From: Bugula neritina
Taxonomy: Eukaryota > Animalia > Bryozoa
Direction of reading: 5' to 3'
Length of the DNA stretch: 64,000 nt
NCBI GenBank assembly: GCA_964035545.1
Contig: CAXIUT010000230.1
Coordinates: 930,001-994,000 of the forward strand
Each line of letters starts with the position of its first letter. The stretch's first letter is position 1. Positions 16,120 through 34,100 of the stretch are shown here, piece by piece. The notes under the pieces are model-generated. The model ran no database searches. It was not told the DNA's origin and saw nothing but the letters and a program-made list of their open reading frames with translations. A program made the translations under genes and the position numbers.

Positions 16120-19100
16120 ACTGCGACACACTGAAAAATACTGCAACATACAAATTATACTTCAAGTGGTGCAACATTCTGAAATACAATGTGACACACT
16201 GAAATACACTGCAACATACTGCAACATACTGAAATATTAAGCGACACATTGAAATATACTGCAACATATTGAAATATACTGTAACATACTGCAACATACT
16301 AAAATACACTGCAACATACTGAAATACATTGCAACACATTAAAATATACTGCGACATACTGAAACATACTGCAACATGCTGAAATATACTAAAACATACT
16401 GAAATACACTATAACGTATTGAAATATACTGCAACATGCTGAATTACACTCTAACATACTGAAATATGCTGTAGCATACTGAAATACACTGTCACACACT
16501 GAATTATACTGTAATACACTGAAATGTAATGCAACATACTGAATTATACTGCAACATACTGCAACATACTGAAATACACTGTAACATATCGAAATACACT
16601 GCAACATACTGCAACATACTGCAACATACTGAAATACACCGTAACATATCGAAATACACTGCAACATACTGCAACATACTGAAATGCACTGGGACATAAT
16701 GGAATACCCTGCAACACATTGAAATATACTGCAACAGACTGAAACATAAGGTAACACAATGAAGTATACTGCGACACATTAAAATATACTGCAACATACT
16801 GAAATATACTGCAACATACTGAAATGTAATGTAATATACAGAAATGTACTGTAACATACTGAAATATACTGTAACAGACTGAAATATACTCTAACATACC
16901 GAAATACACTGTAACATACTGAAATATACTGCAACATACTTCAACATACTGAATTACACTTGAACATAATGAAATACACTGCAACACATTGAAATATACT
17001 GCAACATATCGAAATGAATGGTAAACTAGTGTAATACACTGCAACATACTGCAACATACTGCAACATACTGAATTACACTGGAACATTTTGATATACACT
17101 GCAACACATTGAAATATACTGCAACACACTGAACCATACAGCAACATACCGAAATTTACTGCGACACACTGAAATACACTATCACATATTGAAATATACT
17201 GCAACATACTGAATTACACTCTAACATACTGAAATATGCTGTAGCATACTGAAATACACTGCAACACACTGAAGTATACTGTAATAAACTGAAATGTAAT
17301 GCAAAATACTGAATTATACTGCAACATAGTGCAACATACTGAAATACACTACAACATACTGCAACATACTGAAATACACTGGAACATATTGAAATACACT
17401 GCGACACATTGAAACATACTGCAACATACTGAAATATACTGCAAGATACTGCAACATACTGAAACAGACTGTGACATACTGAAATACACTGCAACATACT
17501 GCAAGATACCGCAACCTACTGAAATACACTGTAACATATTGAAATACACTGCATCATACTGCAACATACTGAATTACACTGGAAAATATTGATATACACT
17601 GCAACACATTGAAATATACTGCAACACACTGAAACATACGGCAATATACCAAAATATACTGCGACACCTCGAAAAATACTGCAACATAAGAAATATACTG
17701 CAAGTGGTGCAACATACTGAAATACAATGTGACACACTGGAATACACTGCAACATACTGCAACATACTGCAACATACTGAAATACACTGTAACATATTGA
17801 ATTACACTGCATCATACTGCAACATACTGAAAAACACTGGAACATATTGATATACACTGCAACTCATTGAAATATACTGCAACACACTGCAACATACGGC
17901 ATCATACCGAAATATACTGCGACACCTTGAAAAATACTGCAACATACTGAAATATACTGCAAGTGGTGCAACATACTGAAATACACTGTGACACACTGAA
18001 ATACACTGCAACATACTGCAACATACTGCAACATACTAAATTACACTGGAACATATTGATATACACTGCAACACATTGAAACATACTGCAACACACTGAA
18101 CCATATGGCAACATACCGAAATTTACTGCGACACACTGAAAAATACTGCAACATACGAACTATACTTCAAGTGGTGCAACATACTGAAATACAATGTGAC
18201 ACACTGAAATTCACTGCAACATACTGCAACATACTGAAATATTGTGCGACACATTGAAATATACTGCAACGTATTGAAATATACTGTAACATACTGCAAC
18301 ATACTAAAATACACTGCAACATACTGAAATACATTGCAACACATTAAAATATACTGCGACATACTGAAACATACTGCAACATGCTGAAATATACTGCAAC
18401 ATACTGAAATACACTATCACATATTGAAATATACTGCAACATACTGAATTACACTCTAACATACTGAAATATGCTGTAGCATACTGAAATACACTGCAAC
18501 ACACTGAAGTATACTGTAATACACTGAAATGTAATGCAACATACTGAATTATACTGCAACATAGTGCAACATACTGAAATACACTGTGACACACTGAAAT
18601 ACACTGAAACATAATGCAACATACTGCAACATACTGAAATACACTGTAACATATCGAAATACACTGCAACATACTGCAACATACTGCAACACACTGAAAT
18701 ACACCGTAACATATCGAAATACACTGCAACATACTGTAACATACTGAAATACACTGTAACATATTGAATTACACTGCATCATACTGCAACATACTGAAAA
18801 ACACTGGAACATATTGATATACACTGCAACTCATTGAAATATACTGCAACACACTGCAACATACGGCAGCATACCAAAATAAACTGCGACACCTTGAAAA
18901 ATACTGCAACATACTGAAATATACTGCAAGTGGTGCAACATACTGAAATACACTGTGACATACTGAAATACACTGCAACATACTGCAAGATACTGCAACG
19001 TACGGAAAGACAGTGTAACTTATTGAATTACACTGCATCATACTGCAACATACTGAAATACACCGTAACATATCGAAATACACTGCAACATACTGCAACA

Positions 19101-22100
19101 TACTGAAATGCACCGGAAGATAATCGAATACCCTGCAACACATTGAAATATACTGCAACAGACTGAAACATAAGGTAACACAATGAAGTATACTGCGACA
19201 CATTAAAATATACTGCAACATACTGAAATATACTGCAACATACTGAAAGGTAATGTAATATACAGAAATGTACTGTAACATACTGAAATATACTGTAACA
19301 GACTGAAATATACTCTAACATACCGAAATACACTGTAACATACTGAAATATACTGCAACATACTGCAACATACTGAATTACACTTGAACATAATGAAATA
19401 CACTGCAACACATTGAAATATACTGCAACATATCGAAATGAATGGTAAACTAGTGTAATATACTGTAACATAATGAAACATACCGGAACATACTGCAACG
19501 TATTAAAGTATAGTGTAACACACTAAAATATACGTCAACATACCGAAATATACTGCAACACGTTGAAAAATATTGCAACATACTGAAATATACTGCAACA
19601 TACTGCAACATACTGAAATACACTGGAACATATTGAACTACACTGCAACACTCTGAAATATACTGCAACACACTGAAACATACGGCAACATACCGAAATA
19701 AACTGCGACACGTTGAAAATTACTGCAACATACTGAAATATACTGCGACGCCTTAAAATATACTGCAACATACTGAAATAGACTGCAAGTGGTGCAACAT
19801 ACTGAAATACACTGTGACACACTGAAATACACTGCAACATACTGCAACATACTGCAACATACTGAAATATTGTGCGACACATTAAAATATACTGCAACAT
19901 ATTGAAATATACTGTAACATACTGCAACATACTAAAATACACTGCAACACAATAAAATATACTGCAACATACTGAAACATACTGCAACATACTGAAATAC
20001 ACTGTGACACATTGAAATACACTGCAACATACTGCAACATACTGCAACATACTGAAATACATTGCAACACATTAAAATATACTGCAACATACTGAAACAT
20101 ACTGCAACATACTGATATATACTGCAACACACTGAAACATACGGCAACATACCGAAATAAACTGCGACACGTTGAAAATTACAGCAACATACTGAAATAT
20201 ACTGCGACGCCTTAAAATATACTGCAACATACTGAAATAGACTGCAAGTGGTGCAACATACTGAAATACACTGTGACACACTGAAATACACTGCAACATA
20301 CTGCAACATACTGCAACATACTGAAATATTGTGCGACACAATAAAATATACTGCAACATATTGAAATACATTGCAACACCTTAAAATATACTGCAACATA
20401 CTGAAACATACTGCAACATACTGAAATATACTGCAACACACTGAAACATACGGCAACATACCGAGATAAACTGCGACACGTTGAAAATTACTGCAACATA
20501 CTGAAATATACTGCGACGCCTTAAAATATACTGCAACATACTGAAATAGACTGCAAGTGGTGCAACATACTGAAATACACTGTGACACACTGAAATACAC
20601 TGCAACATACTGCAACATACTGCGACATACTGAAATATTGTGCGACACAATAAAATATACTGCAACATATTGAAATATACTGTAACATACTGCAATATAC
20701 TAAAATACACTGCAACACATTAAAATATACTGCAACATACTGAAACATACTGCAACATACTGAAATACACTGTGACACACTGAAATACACTGCAACATAC
20801 TGCAACATACTGCAACATACTGAATTACACTGCAACATATTGATATACACTGCAACACATTGAAATATACTGCAACACACTGAACAATATGGCAACATAC
20901 CGAAATTTACTGCGACACACTGAAAAATACTGCAACATACGAATTATACTTCAAGTGGTGCAACATACTGAAATACAATGTGACACACTGAAATACACTG
21001 CAACATACTGCAACATACTGCAACATACTGAAATATTGTGCGACACATTAAAACATACTGCAACATATTGAAATATACTGTAACATACTGAAACATACTA
21101 AAATACACTGCAACACATTAAAATCTACTGCAACATACTGAAACATACTGCATCATACTGAAATACACTGTGACACACTGAAATACACTGCAACATACAG
21201 CAACATACTGCAACATACTGAATTACACTGGAACATATTGATATACACTGCAACACATTGAAATATACTGCAACACACTGAACCATATGGCAACATACCG
21301 AAATTTACTGCGACACACTGAAAAATACTGCAACATACGAATTATACTTCAAGTGGTGCAACATACTGAAATACAATGTGACACACTGAAATACACTGCA
21401 ACATACTGCAACATACTGAAATATTGTGCGACACATTGAAATATACTGCAACATATTGAAATATACTGTAACATACTGCAACATACTAAAATACACTGCA
21501 ACATACTGAAATACATTGCAACACATTAAAATATACTGCGACATACTGAAACATACCGCAACATGCTGAAATATACTGCAACATACTGAAATACACTATA
21601 ACATATTGAAATATACTGCAACATACTGAATTACACTCTAACATACTGAAATATGCTGTAGCATACTGAAATACACTGCAACACACTGAAGTATACTGTA
21701 ATACACTGAAATGTAATGCAACATACTGAATTATACTGCAACATAGTGCAACATACTGAAATACACTACAACATACTGCAACATACTGAAATACACTGGA
21801 ACATATTGAAAAACACTGCGAAACATTGAAACATACTGCAACATACTGAAATATACTGCAAGATACTGCAATATACTGAAACAGACTGTGACATACTGAA
21901 ATACACTGCAACATACTGCAAGATACCGCAACCTACTGAAATACACTGTAACGTATTGAAATACACTGCATCATACTGTAACATACTGAATTACACTGGA
22001 ACATATAGATATACACTGCAACACATTGAAATATACCGCAACACACTGCAACATACGGCAGCATACCGAAATATACTGCGACACCTTGAAAAATACTGCA

Positions 22101-25100
22101 ACATACTGAAATATACTGCAAGTGGTGCAACATACTGAAATACACTGTGACATACTGAAATACACTGCAACATTCTGCAAGATATTGCAACATACGGATA
22201 TACAGCGTAACTTATTGAATTACACTGCATCATACTGCAACATACTGAAATACACTGTGACACATTGAAACACACTGCAACATACTGCAACATACTGCAA
22301 CATACTGAAATACATTGCAACACATTAAAATATACTGCAACAAACTGAAACATACTGCAACATACTGAAATATACTGCAACACACTGAAACATACGGCAA
22401 CATACCGAAATAAACTGCGACACGTTGAAAATTACTGCAACATACTGAAATATACTGCGACGCCTTAAAATATACTGCAACATACTGAAATAGACTGCAA
22501 GTGGTGCAACATACTGAAATACACTGTGACACACTGAAATACACTGCAACATACTGCAACATACTGCAACATACTGAAATATTGTGCGACACAATAAAGT
22601 ATACTGCAACATATTGAAATATACTGTAACATACTGCAACATACTAAAATACACTGCAACACATTAAAATATACTGCAACATACTGAAACATACTGCAAC
22701 ATACTGAAATACACTGTGACACACTGAAATACACTGCAACATACTGCAACATACTGCAACATACTGAATTACACTGGAACATATTGATATACACTGCAAC
22801 ACATTGAAATATACTGCAACACACTGAACAATATGGCAACATACCGAAATTTACTGCGACACACTGAAAAATACTGCAACATACGAATTATACTTCAAGT
22901 GGTGCAACATACTGAAATACAATGTGACACACTGAAATACACTGCAACATACTGCAACATACTGCAACATACTGAAATATTGTGCGACACATTGAAACAT
23001 ACTGCAACGTATTGAAATATACTGTAACATACTGCAACATACTGAAATACACTGCAACATACTGAAGTACATTGCAACACATTAAAATATACTGCGACAT
23101 ACTGAAACATACTGCAACATGCTGAAATATACTGCAACATACTGAAATGCACTATCACATATTGAAATACACTGCAACATACTGAATTACACTCTAACAT
23201 ACTGAAATATGCTGTAGCATACTGAAATACACTGCAACACACTGAAGTATACTGTAATACACTGAAATGTAATGCAACATACTGAATTATACTGCAACAT
23301 AGTGCAACATACTGAAATACACTGTGAGACACTGAAATACACTGAAACATAATGCAACATACTGCAACGTACTGAAATACACTGTAACATATCGAAATAC
23401 ACTGCAACATACTGCAACATACTGCAACACACTGAAATACACCGTAACATATCGAAATACACTGGAACATACTGCAACATACTGAAATACACTGTAACAT
23501 ATTGAATTACACTGCATCATACTGCAACATACTGAAAAACACTGGAACATATTGATATACACTGCAACTCATTGAAATATACTGCAACACACTGCAACAT
23601 ACGGCAGCATACCAAAATATACTGCGACACCTTGAAAAATACTGCAACATACTGAAATATACTGCAAGTGGTGCAACATACTGAAATACACTGTGATATA
23701 CTGAAATACACTGCAACATACTGCAAGATACTGCAACGTACGAAAATACAGTGTAACTTAATAAATTACACTGCATCATACTGCAACATACTGAGATACA
23801 CTGGAACATATTGATATACACTGCAACACATTGAAATATACTGCAACACACTGAACCATATGGCAACATACCGAAATTTACTGCGACACACTGAAAAACA
23901 CTGCAACATACAAATTATACTTCAAGTGGTGCAACATTCTGAAATACAATGTGACACACTGAAATTCACTGCAACATACTGCAACATACTGAAATATTAA
24001 GCGACACATTGAAACATACTGCAACATATTGAAATATACTGTAACATACTGCAACATACTAAAATACACTGCAACATACTGAAATACATTGCAACACATT
24101 AAAATATACTGCGACATACTGAAACATACTGCAACATGCTGAAATATACTGCAACATACTGAAATACACTATAACGTATTGAAATATACTGCAACATACT
24201 GAATTACACTCTAACATACTGAAATATGCTGTAGCATACTGAAATACACTGCAACACACTGAAGTATACTGTAATACACTGAAATGTAATGCAACATACT
24301 GAATTATACTGCAACATAGTGCAACATACTGAAATACACTGTGACACACTGAAATACACTGAAACATAATGCAACATACTGCAACATACTGAAATACACT
24401 GTAACATATCGAAATACACTGCAACATACTGCAACATACTGCAACACACTGAAATACACCGTAACATATCGAAATACACTGCAACATACTGTAACATACT
24501 GAAATACACTGTAACATATTGAATTACACTGCATCATACTGCAACATACTGAAAAACACTGGAACATATTGATATACACTGCAACTCATTGAAATATACT
24601 GCAACAGACTGAAACATAAGGTAACACAATGAAGTATACTGCGACACATTAAAATATACTGCAACATACTGAAATATACTGCAACATACTGAAATGTAAT
24701 GTAATATACAGAAATGTACTGTAACATACTGAAATATACTGTAACAGACTGAAATATACTCTAACATACCGAAATACACTGTAACATACTGAAATATACT
24801 GCAACATACTTCAACATACTGAATTACACTTGAACATAATGAAATACACTGCAACACATTGAAATATACTGCAACATATCGAAATGAATGGTAAACTAGT
24901 GTAAAACACTGCAACATACTGCAACATACTGCAACATACTGAATTACACTGGAACATTTTGATATACACTGCAACACATTGAAATATACTGCAACACACT
25001 GAACCATACAGCAACATACCGAAATTTACTGCGACACACTGAAATACACTATCACATATTGAAATATACTGCAACATACTGAATTACACTCTAACATACT

Positions 25101-28100
25101 GAAATATGCTGTAGCATACTGAAATACACTGCAACACACTGAAGTATACTGTAATAAACTGAAATGTAATGCAAAATACTGAATTATACTGCAACATAGT
25201 GCAACATACTGAAATACACTACAACATACTGCAACATACTGAAATACACTGGAACATATTGAAATACACTGCGACACATTGAAACATACTGCAACATACT
25301 GAAATATACTGCAAGATACTGCAACATACTGAAACAGACTGTGACATACTGAAATACACTGCAACATACTGCAAGATACCGCAACCTACTGAAATACACT
25401 GTAACATATTGAAATACACTGCATCATACTGCAACATACTGAATTACACTGGAAAATATTGATATACACTGCAACACATTGAAATATACTGCAACACACT
25501 GAAACATACGGCAATATACCAAAATATACTGCGACACCTTGAAAAATACTGCAACATAAGAAATATACTGCAAGTGGTGCAACATACTGAAATACAATGT
25601 GACACACTGGAATACACTGCAACATACTGCAACATACTGCAACATACTGAAATACACTGTAACATATTGAATTACACTGCATCATACTGCAACATACTGA
25701 AAAACACTGGAACATATTGATATACACTGCAACTCATTGAAATATACTGCAACACACTGCAACATACGGCATCATACCGAAATATACTGCGACACCTTGA
25801 AAAATACTGCAACATACTGAAATTTACTGCAAGTGGTGCAACATACTGAAATACACTGTGACACACTGAAATACACTGCAACATACTGCAACATACTGCA
25901 ACATACTAAATTACACTGGAACATATTGATATACACTGCAACACATTGAAACATACTGCAACACACTGAACCATATGGCAACATACCGAAATTTACTGCG
26001 ACACACTGAAAAATACTGCAACATACGAACTATACTTCAAGTGGTGCAACATACTGAAATACAATGTGACACACTGAAATTCACTGCAACATACTGCAAC
26101 ATACTGAAATATTGTGCGACACATTGAAATATACTGCAACGTATTGAAATATACTGTAACATACTGCAACATACTAAAATACACTGCAACATACTGAAAT
26201 ACATTGCAACACATTAAAATATACTGCGACATACTGAAACATACTGCAACATGCTGAAATATACTGCAACATACTGAAATACACTATCACATATTGAAAT
26301 ATACTGCAACATACTGAATTACACTCTAACATACTGAAATATGCTGTAGCATACTGAAATACACTGCAACACACTGAAGTATACTGTAATACACTGAAAT
26401 GTAATGCAACATACTGAATTATACTGCAACATAGTGCAACATACTGAAATACACTGTGACACACTGAAATACACTGAAACATAATGCAACATACTGCAAC
26501 ATACTGAAATACACTGTAACATATCGAAATACACTGCAACATACTGCAACATACTGCAACACACTGAAATACACCGTAACATATCGAAATACACTGCAAC
26601 ATACTGTAACATACTGAAATACACTGTAACATATTGAATTACACTGCATCATACTGCAACATACTGAAAAACACTGGAACATATTGATATACACTGCAAC
26701 TCATTGAAATATACTGCAACACACTGCAACATACGGCAGCATACCAAAATAAACTGCGACACCTTGAAAAATACTGCAACATACTGAAATATACTGCAAG
26801 TGGTGCAACATACTGAAATACACCGTGACATACTGAAATACACTGCAACATACTGCAAGATACTGCAACGTACGGAAAGACAGTGTAACTTATTGAATTA
26901 CACTGCATCATACTGCAACATACTGAAATACACCGTAACATATCGAAATACACTGCAACATACTGCAACATACTGAAATGCACCGGAAGATAATCGAATA
27001 CCCTGCAACACATTGAAATATACTGCAACAGACTGAAACATAAGGTAACACAATGAAGTATACTGCGACACATTAAAATATACTGCAACATACTGAAATA
27101 TACTGCAACATACTGAAATGTAATGTAATATACAGAAATGTACTGTAACATACTGAAATATACTGTAACAGACTGAAATATACTCTAACATACCGAAATA
27201 CACTGTAACATACTGAAATATACTGCAACATACTGCAACATACTGAATTACACTTGAACATAATGAAATACACTGCAACACATTGAAATATACTGCAACA
27301 TATCGAAATGAATGGTAAACTAGTGTAATATACTGTAACATAATGAAACATACCGGAACATACTGCAACGTATTAAAGTATAGTGTAACACACTAAAATA
27401 TACGTCAACATATCGAAATATACTGCAACACGTTGAAAAATATTGCAACATACTGAAATATACTGCAACATACTGCAACATACTGAAATACACTGGAACA
27501 TATTGAACTACACTGCAACACTCTGAAATATACTGCAACACACTGAAACATACGGCAACATACCGAAATAAACTGCGACACGTTGAAAATTACTGCAACA
27601 TACTGAAATATACTGCGACGCCTTAAAATATACTGCAACATACTGAAATAGACTGCAAGTGGTGCAACATACTGAAATACACTGTGACACACTGAAATAC
27701 ACTGCAACATACTGCAACATACTGCAACATACTGAAATATTGTGCGACACATTAAAATATACTGCAACATATTGAAATATACTGTAACATACTGCAACAT
27801 ACTAAAATACACTGCAACACAATAAAATATACTGCAACATACTGAAACATACTGCAACATACTGAAATACACTGTGACACATTGAAATACACTGCAACAT
27901 ACTGCAACATACTGCAACATACTGAAATACATTGCAACACATTAAAATATACTGCAACATACTGAAACATACTGCAACATACTGATATATACTGCAACAC
28001 ACTGAAACATACGGCAACATACCGAAATAAACTGCGACACGTTGAAAATTACAGCAACATACTGAAATATAGTGCGACGCCTTAAAATATACTGCAACAT

Positions 28101-31100
28101 ACTGAAATAGACTGCAAGTGGTGCAACATACTGAAATACACTGTGACACACTGAAATACACTGCAACATACTGCAACATACTGCAACATACTGAAATATT
28201 GTGCGACACAATAAAATATACTGCAACATATTGAAATACATTGCAACACATTAAAATATACTGCAACATACTGAAACATACTGCAACATACTGAAATATA
28301 CTGCAACACACTGAAACATACGGCAACATACCGTGATAAACTGCGACACGTTGAAAATTACTGCAACATACTGAAATATACTGCGACGCCTTAAAATATA
28401 CTGCAACATACTGAAATAGACTGCAAGTGGTGCAACATACTGAAATACACTGTGACACACTGAAATACACTGCAACATACTGCAACATACTGCAACATAC
28501 TGAAATATTGTGCGACACAATAAAATATACTGCAACATATTGAAATATACTGTAACATACTGCAATATACTAAAATACACTGCAACACATTAAAATCTAC
28601 TGCAACATACTGAAACATACTGCATCATACTGAAATACACTGTGACACACTGAAATACACTGCAACATACAGCAACATACTGCAACATACTGAATTACAC
28701 TGGAACATATTGATATACACTGCAACACATTGAAATATACTGCAACACACTGAACCATATGGCAACATACCGAAATTTACTGCGACACACTGAAAAATAC
28801 TGCAACATACGAATTATACTTCAAGTGGTGCAACATACTGAAATACAATGTGACACACTGAAATACACTGCAACATACTGCAACATACTGCAACATACTG
28901 AAATATTGTGCGACACATTGAAATATACTGCAACATATTGAAATATACTGTAACATACTGCAACATACTAAAATACACTGCAACATACTGAAATACATTG
29001 CAACACATTAAAATATACTGCGACATACTGAAACATACCGCAACATGCTGAAATATACTGCAACATACTGAAATACACTATAACATATTGAAATATACTG
29101 CAACATACTGAATTACACTCTAACATACTGAAATATGCTGTAGCATACTGAAATACACTGCAACACACTGAAGTATACTGTAATACACTGAAATGTAATG
29201 CAACATACTGAATTATACTGCAACATAGTGCAACATACTGAAATACACTACAACATACTGCAACATACTGAAATACACTGGAACATATTGAAAAACACTG
29301 CGAAACATTGAAACATACTGCAACATACTGAAATATACTGCAAGATACTGCAATATACTGAAACAGACTGTGACATACTGAAATACACTGCAACATACTG
29401 CAAGATACCGCAACCTACTGAAATACACTGTAACGTATTGAAATACACTGCATCATACTGCAACATACTGAATTACACTGGAACATATTGATATACACTG
29501 CAACACATTGAAATATACCGCAACACACTGCAACATACGGCAGCATACCGAAATATACTGCGACACCTTGAAAAATACTGCAACATACTGAAATATACTG
29601 CAAGTGGTGCAACATACTGAAATACACTGTGACATACTGAAATACACTGCAACATTCTGCAAGATATTGCAACATACGGAAATACAGCGTAACTTATTGA
29701 ATTACACTGCATCATACTGCAACATACTGAAATACACTGTGACACATTGAAACACACTGCAACATACTGCAACATACTGCAACATACTGCAACATACTGA
29801 AATACATTGCAACACATTAAAATATACTGCAACAAACTGAAACATACTGCAACATACTGAAATATACTGCAACACACTGAAACATACGGCAACATACCGA
29901 AATAAACTGCGACACGTTGAAAATTACTGCAACATACTGAAATATACTGCGACGCCTTAAAATATACTGCAACATACTGAAATAGACTGCAAGTGGTGCA
30001 ACATACTGAAATACACTGTGACACACTGAAATACACTGCAACATACTGCAACATACTGCAACATACTGAAATATTGTGCGACACAATAAAATATACTGCA
30101 ACATATTGAAATATACTGTAACATACTGCAACATACTAAAATACACTGCAACACATTAAAATATACTGCAACATACTGAAACATACTGCAACATACTGAA
30201 ATACACTGTGACACACTGAAATACACTGCAACATACTGCAACATACTGCAACATACTGAATTACACTGGAACATATTGATATACACTGCAACACATTGAA
30301 ATATACTGCAACACACTGAACAATATGGCAACATACCGAAATTTACTGCGACACACTGAAAAATACTGCAACAGACGAATTATACTTCAAGTGGTGCAAC
30401 ATACTGAAATACAATGTGACACACTGAAATACACTGCAACATACTGCAACATACTGCAACATACTGAAATATTGTGCGACACATTGAAACATACTGCAAC
30501 GTATTGAAATATACTGTAACATACTGCAACATACTGAAATACACTGCAACATACTGAAGTACATTGCAACACATTAAAATATACTGCGACATACTGAAAC
30601 ATACTGCAACATGCTGAAATATACTGCAACATACTGAAATGCACTATCACATATTGAAATACACTGCAACATACTGAATTACACTCTAACATACTGAAAT
30701 ATGCTGTAGCATACTGAAATACACTGCAACACACTGAAGTATACTGTAATACACTGAAATGTAATGCAACATACTGAATTATACTGCAACATAGTGCAAC
30801 ATACTGAAACACACTGTGAGACACTGAAATACACGGAAACATAATGCAACATACTGCAACGTACTGAAATACACTGTAACATATCGAAATACACTGCAAC
30901 ATACTGCAACATACTGCAACACACTGAAATACACCGTAACATATCGAAATACACTGGAACATACTGCAACATACTGGAATACACTGTAACATATTGAATT
31001 ACACTGCATCATACTGCAACATACTGAAAAACACTGGAACATATTGATATACACTGCAACTCATTGAAATATACTGCAACACACTGCAACATACGGCAGC

Positions 31101-34100
31101 ATACCAAAATATACTGCGACACCTTGAAAAATACTGCAACATACTGAAATATACTGCAAGTGGTGCAACATACTGAAATACACTGTGATATACTGAAATA
31201 CACTGCAACATACTGCAAGATACTGCAACGTACGGAAATACAGTGTAACTTAATTAATTACACTGCATCATACTGCAACATACTGAGATACACTGGAACA
31301 TATTGATATACACTGCAACACATTGAAATATACTGCAACACACTGAACCATATGGCAACATACCGAAATTCACTGCGACACACTGAAAAATACTGCAACA
31401 TACAAATTATACTTCAAGTGGTGCAACATTCTGAAATACAATGTGACACACTGAAATACACTGCAACATACTGCAACATACTGAAATATTAAGCGACACA
31501 TTGAAATATACTGCAACATATTGAAATATACTGTAACATACTGCAACATACTAAAATACACTGCAACATACTGAAATACATTGCAACACATTAAAATATA
31601 CTGCGACATACTGAAACATACTGCAACATGCTGAAATATACTAAAACATACTGAAATACACTATAACGTATTGAAATATACTGCAACATACTGAATTACA
31701 CTCTAACATACTGAAATATGCTGTAGCATACTGAAATACACTGTCACACACTGAATTATACTGTAATACACTGAAATGTAATGCAACATACTGAATTATA
31801 CTGCAACATACTGCAACATACTGAAATACACTGTAACATATCGAAATACACTGCAACATACTGCAACATACTGCAACATACTGAAATACACCGTAACATA
31901 TCGAAATACACTGCAACATACTGCAACATACTGAAATGCACTGGAACATAATGGAATACCCTGCAACACATTGAAATATACTGCAACAGACTGAAACATA
32001 AGGTAACACAATGAAGTATACTGCGACACATTGAAATATACTGCAACATACTGAAATATACTGCAACATACTGAAATGTAATGTAATATACAGAAATGTA
32101 CTGTAACATACTGAAATATACTGTAACAGACTGAAATATACTCTAACATACCGAAATACACTGTAACATACTGAAATATACTGCAACATACTTCAACATA
32201 CTGAATTACACTTGAACATAATGAAATACACTGCAACACATTGAAATATACTGCAACATATCGAAATGAATGGTAAACTAGTGTAATACACTGCAACATA
32301 CTGCAACATACTGCAACATACTGAATTACACTGGAACATTTTGATATACACTGCAACACATTGAAATATACTGCAACACACTGAACCATACAGCAACATA
32401 CCGAAATTTACTGCGACACACTGAAATATACTATCACATATTGAAATATACTGCAACATACTGAATTACACTCTAACATACTGAAATATGCTGTAGCATA
32501 CTGAAATACACTGCAACACACTGAAGTATACTGTAATAAACTGAAATGTAATGCAAAATACTGAATTATACTGCAACATAGTGCAACATACTGAAATACA
32601 CTACAACATACTGCAACATACTGAAATACACTGGAACATATTGAAATACACTGCGACACATTGAAACATACTGCAACATACTGAAATATACTGCAAGATA
32701 CTGCAACATACTGGAACAGACTGTGACATACTGAAATACACTGCAACATACTGCAAGATACCGCAACCTACTGAAATACACTGTAACATATTGAAATACA
32801 CTGCATCATACTGCAACATACTGAATTACACTGGAAAATATTGATATACACTGCAACACATTGAAATATACTGCAACACACTGAAACATACGGCAATATA
32901 CCAAAATATACTGCGACACCTTGAAAAATACTGCAACATAAGAAATATACTGCAAGTGGTGCAACATACTGAAATACAATGTGACACACTGGAATACACT
33001 GCAACATACTGCAACATACTGCAACATACTGAAATACACTGTAACATATTGAATTACACTGCATCATACTGCAACATACTGAAAAACACTGGAACATATT
33101 GATATACACTGCAACTCATTGAAATATACTGCAACACACTGCAACATACGGCATCATACCGAAATATACTGCGACACCTTGAAAAATACTGCAACATACT
33201 GAAATATACTGCAAGTGGTGCAACATACTGAAATACACTGTGACACACTGAAATACACTGCAACATACTGCAACATACTGCAACATACTAAATTACACTG
33301 GAACATATTGATATACACTGCAACACATTGAAACATACTGCAACACACTGAACCATATGGCAACATACCGAAATTTACTGCGACACACTGAAAAATACTG
33401 CAACATACGAACTATACTTCAAGTGGTGCAACATACTGAAATACAATGTGACACACTGAAATTCACTGCAACATACTGCAACATACTGAAATATTGTGCA
33501 ACACATTGAAATATACTGCAACGTATTGAAATATACTGTAACATACTGCAACATACTAAAATACACTGCAACATACTGAAATACATTGCAACACATTAAA
33601 ATATACTGCGACATACTGAAACATACTGCAACATGCTGAAATATACTGCAACATACTGAAATACACTATCACATATTGAAATATACTGCAACATACTGAA
33701 TTACACTCTAACATACTGAAATATGCTGTAGCATACTGAAATACACTGCAACACACTGAAGTATACTGTAATACACTGAAATGTAATGCAACATACTGAA
33801 TTATACTGCAACATAGTGCAACATACTGAAATACACTGTGACACACTGAAATACACTGAAACATAATGCAACATACTGCAACATACTGAAATACACTGTA
33901 ACATATCGAAATACACTGCAACATACTGCAACATACTGCAACACACTGAATTACACCGTAACATATCGAAATACACTGCAACATACTGTAACATACTGAA
34001 ATACACTGTAACATATTGAATTACACTGCATCATACTGCAACATACTGAAAAACACTGGAACATATTGATATACACTGCAACTCATTGAAATATACTGCA

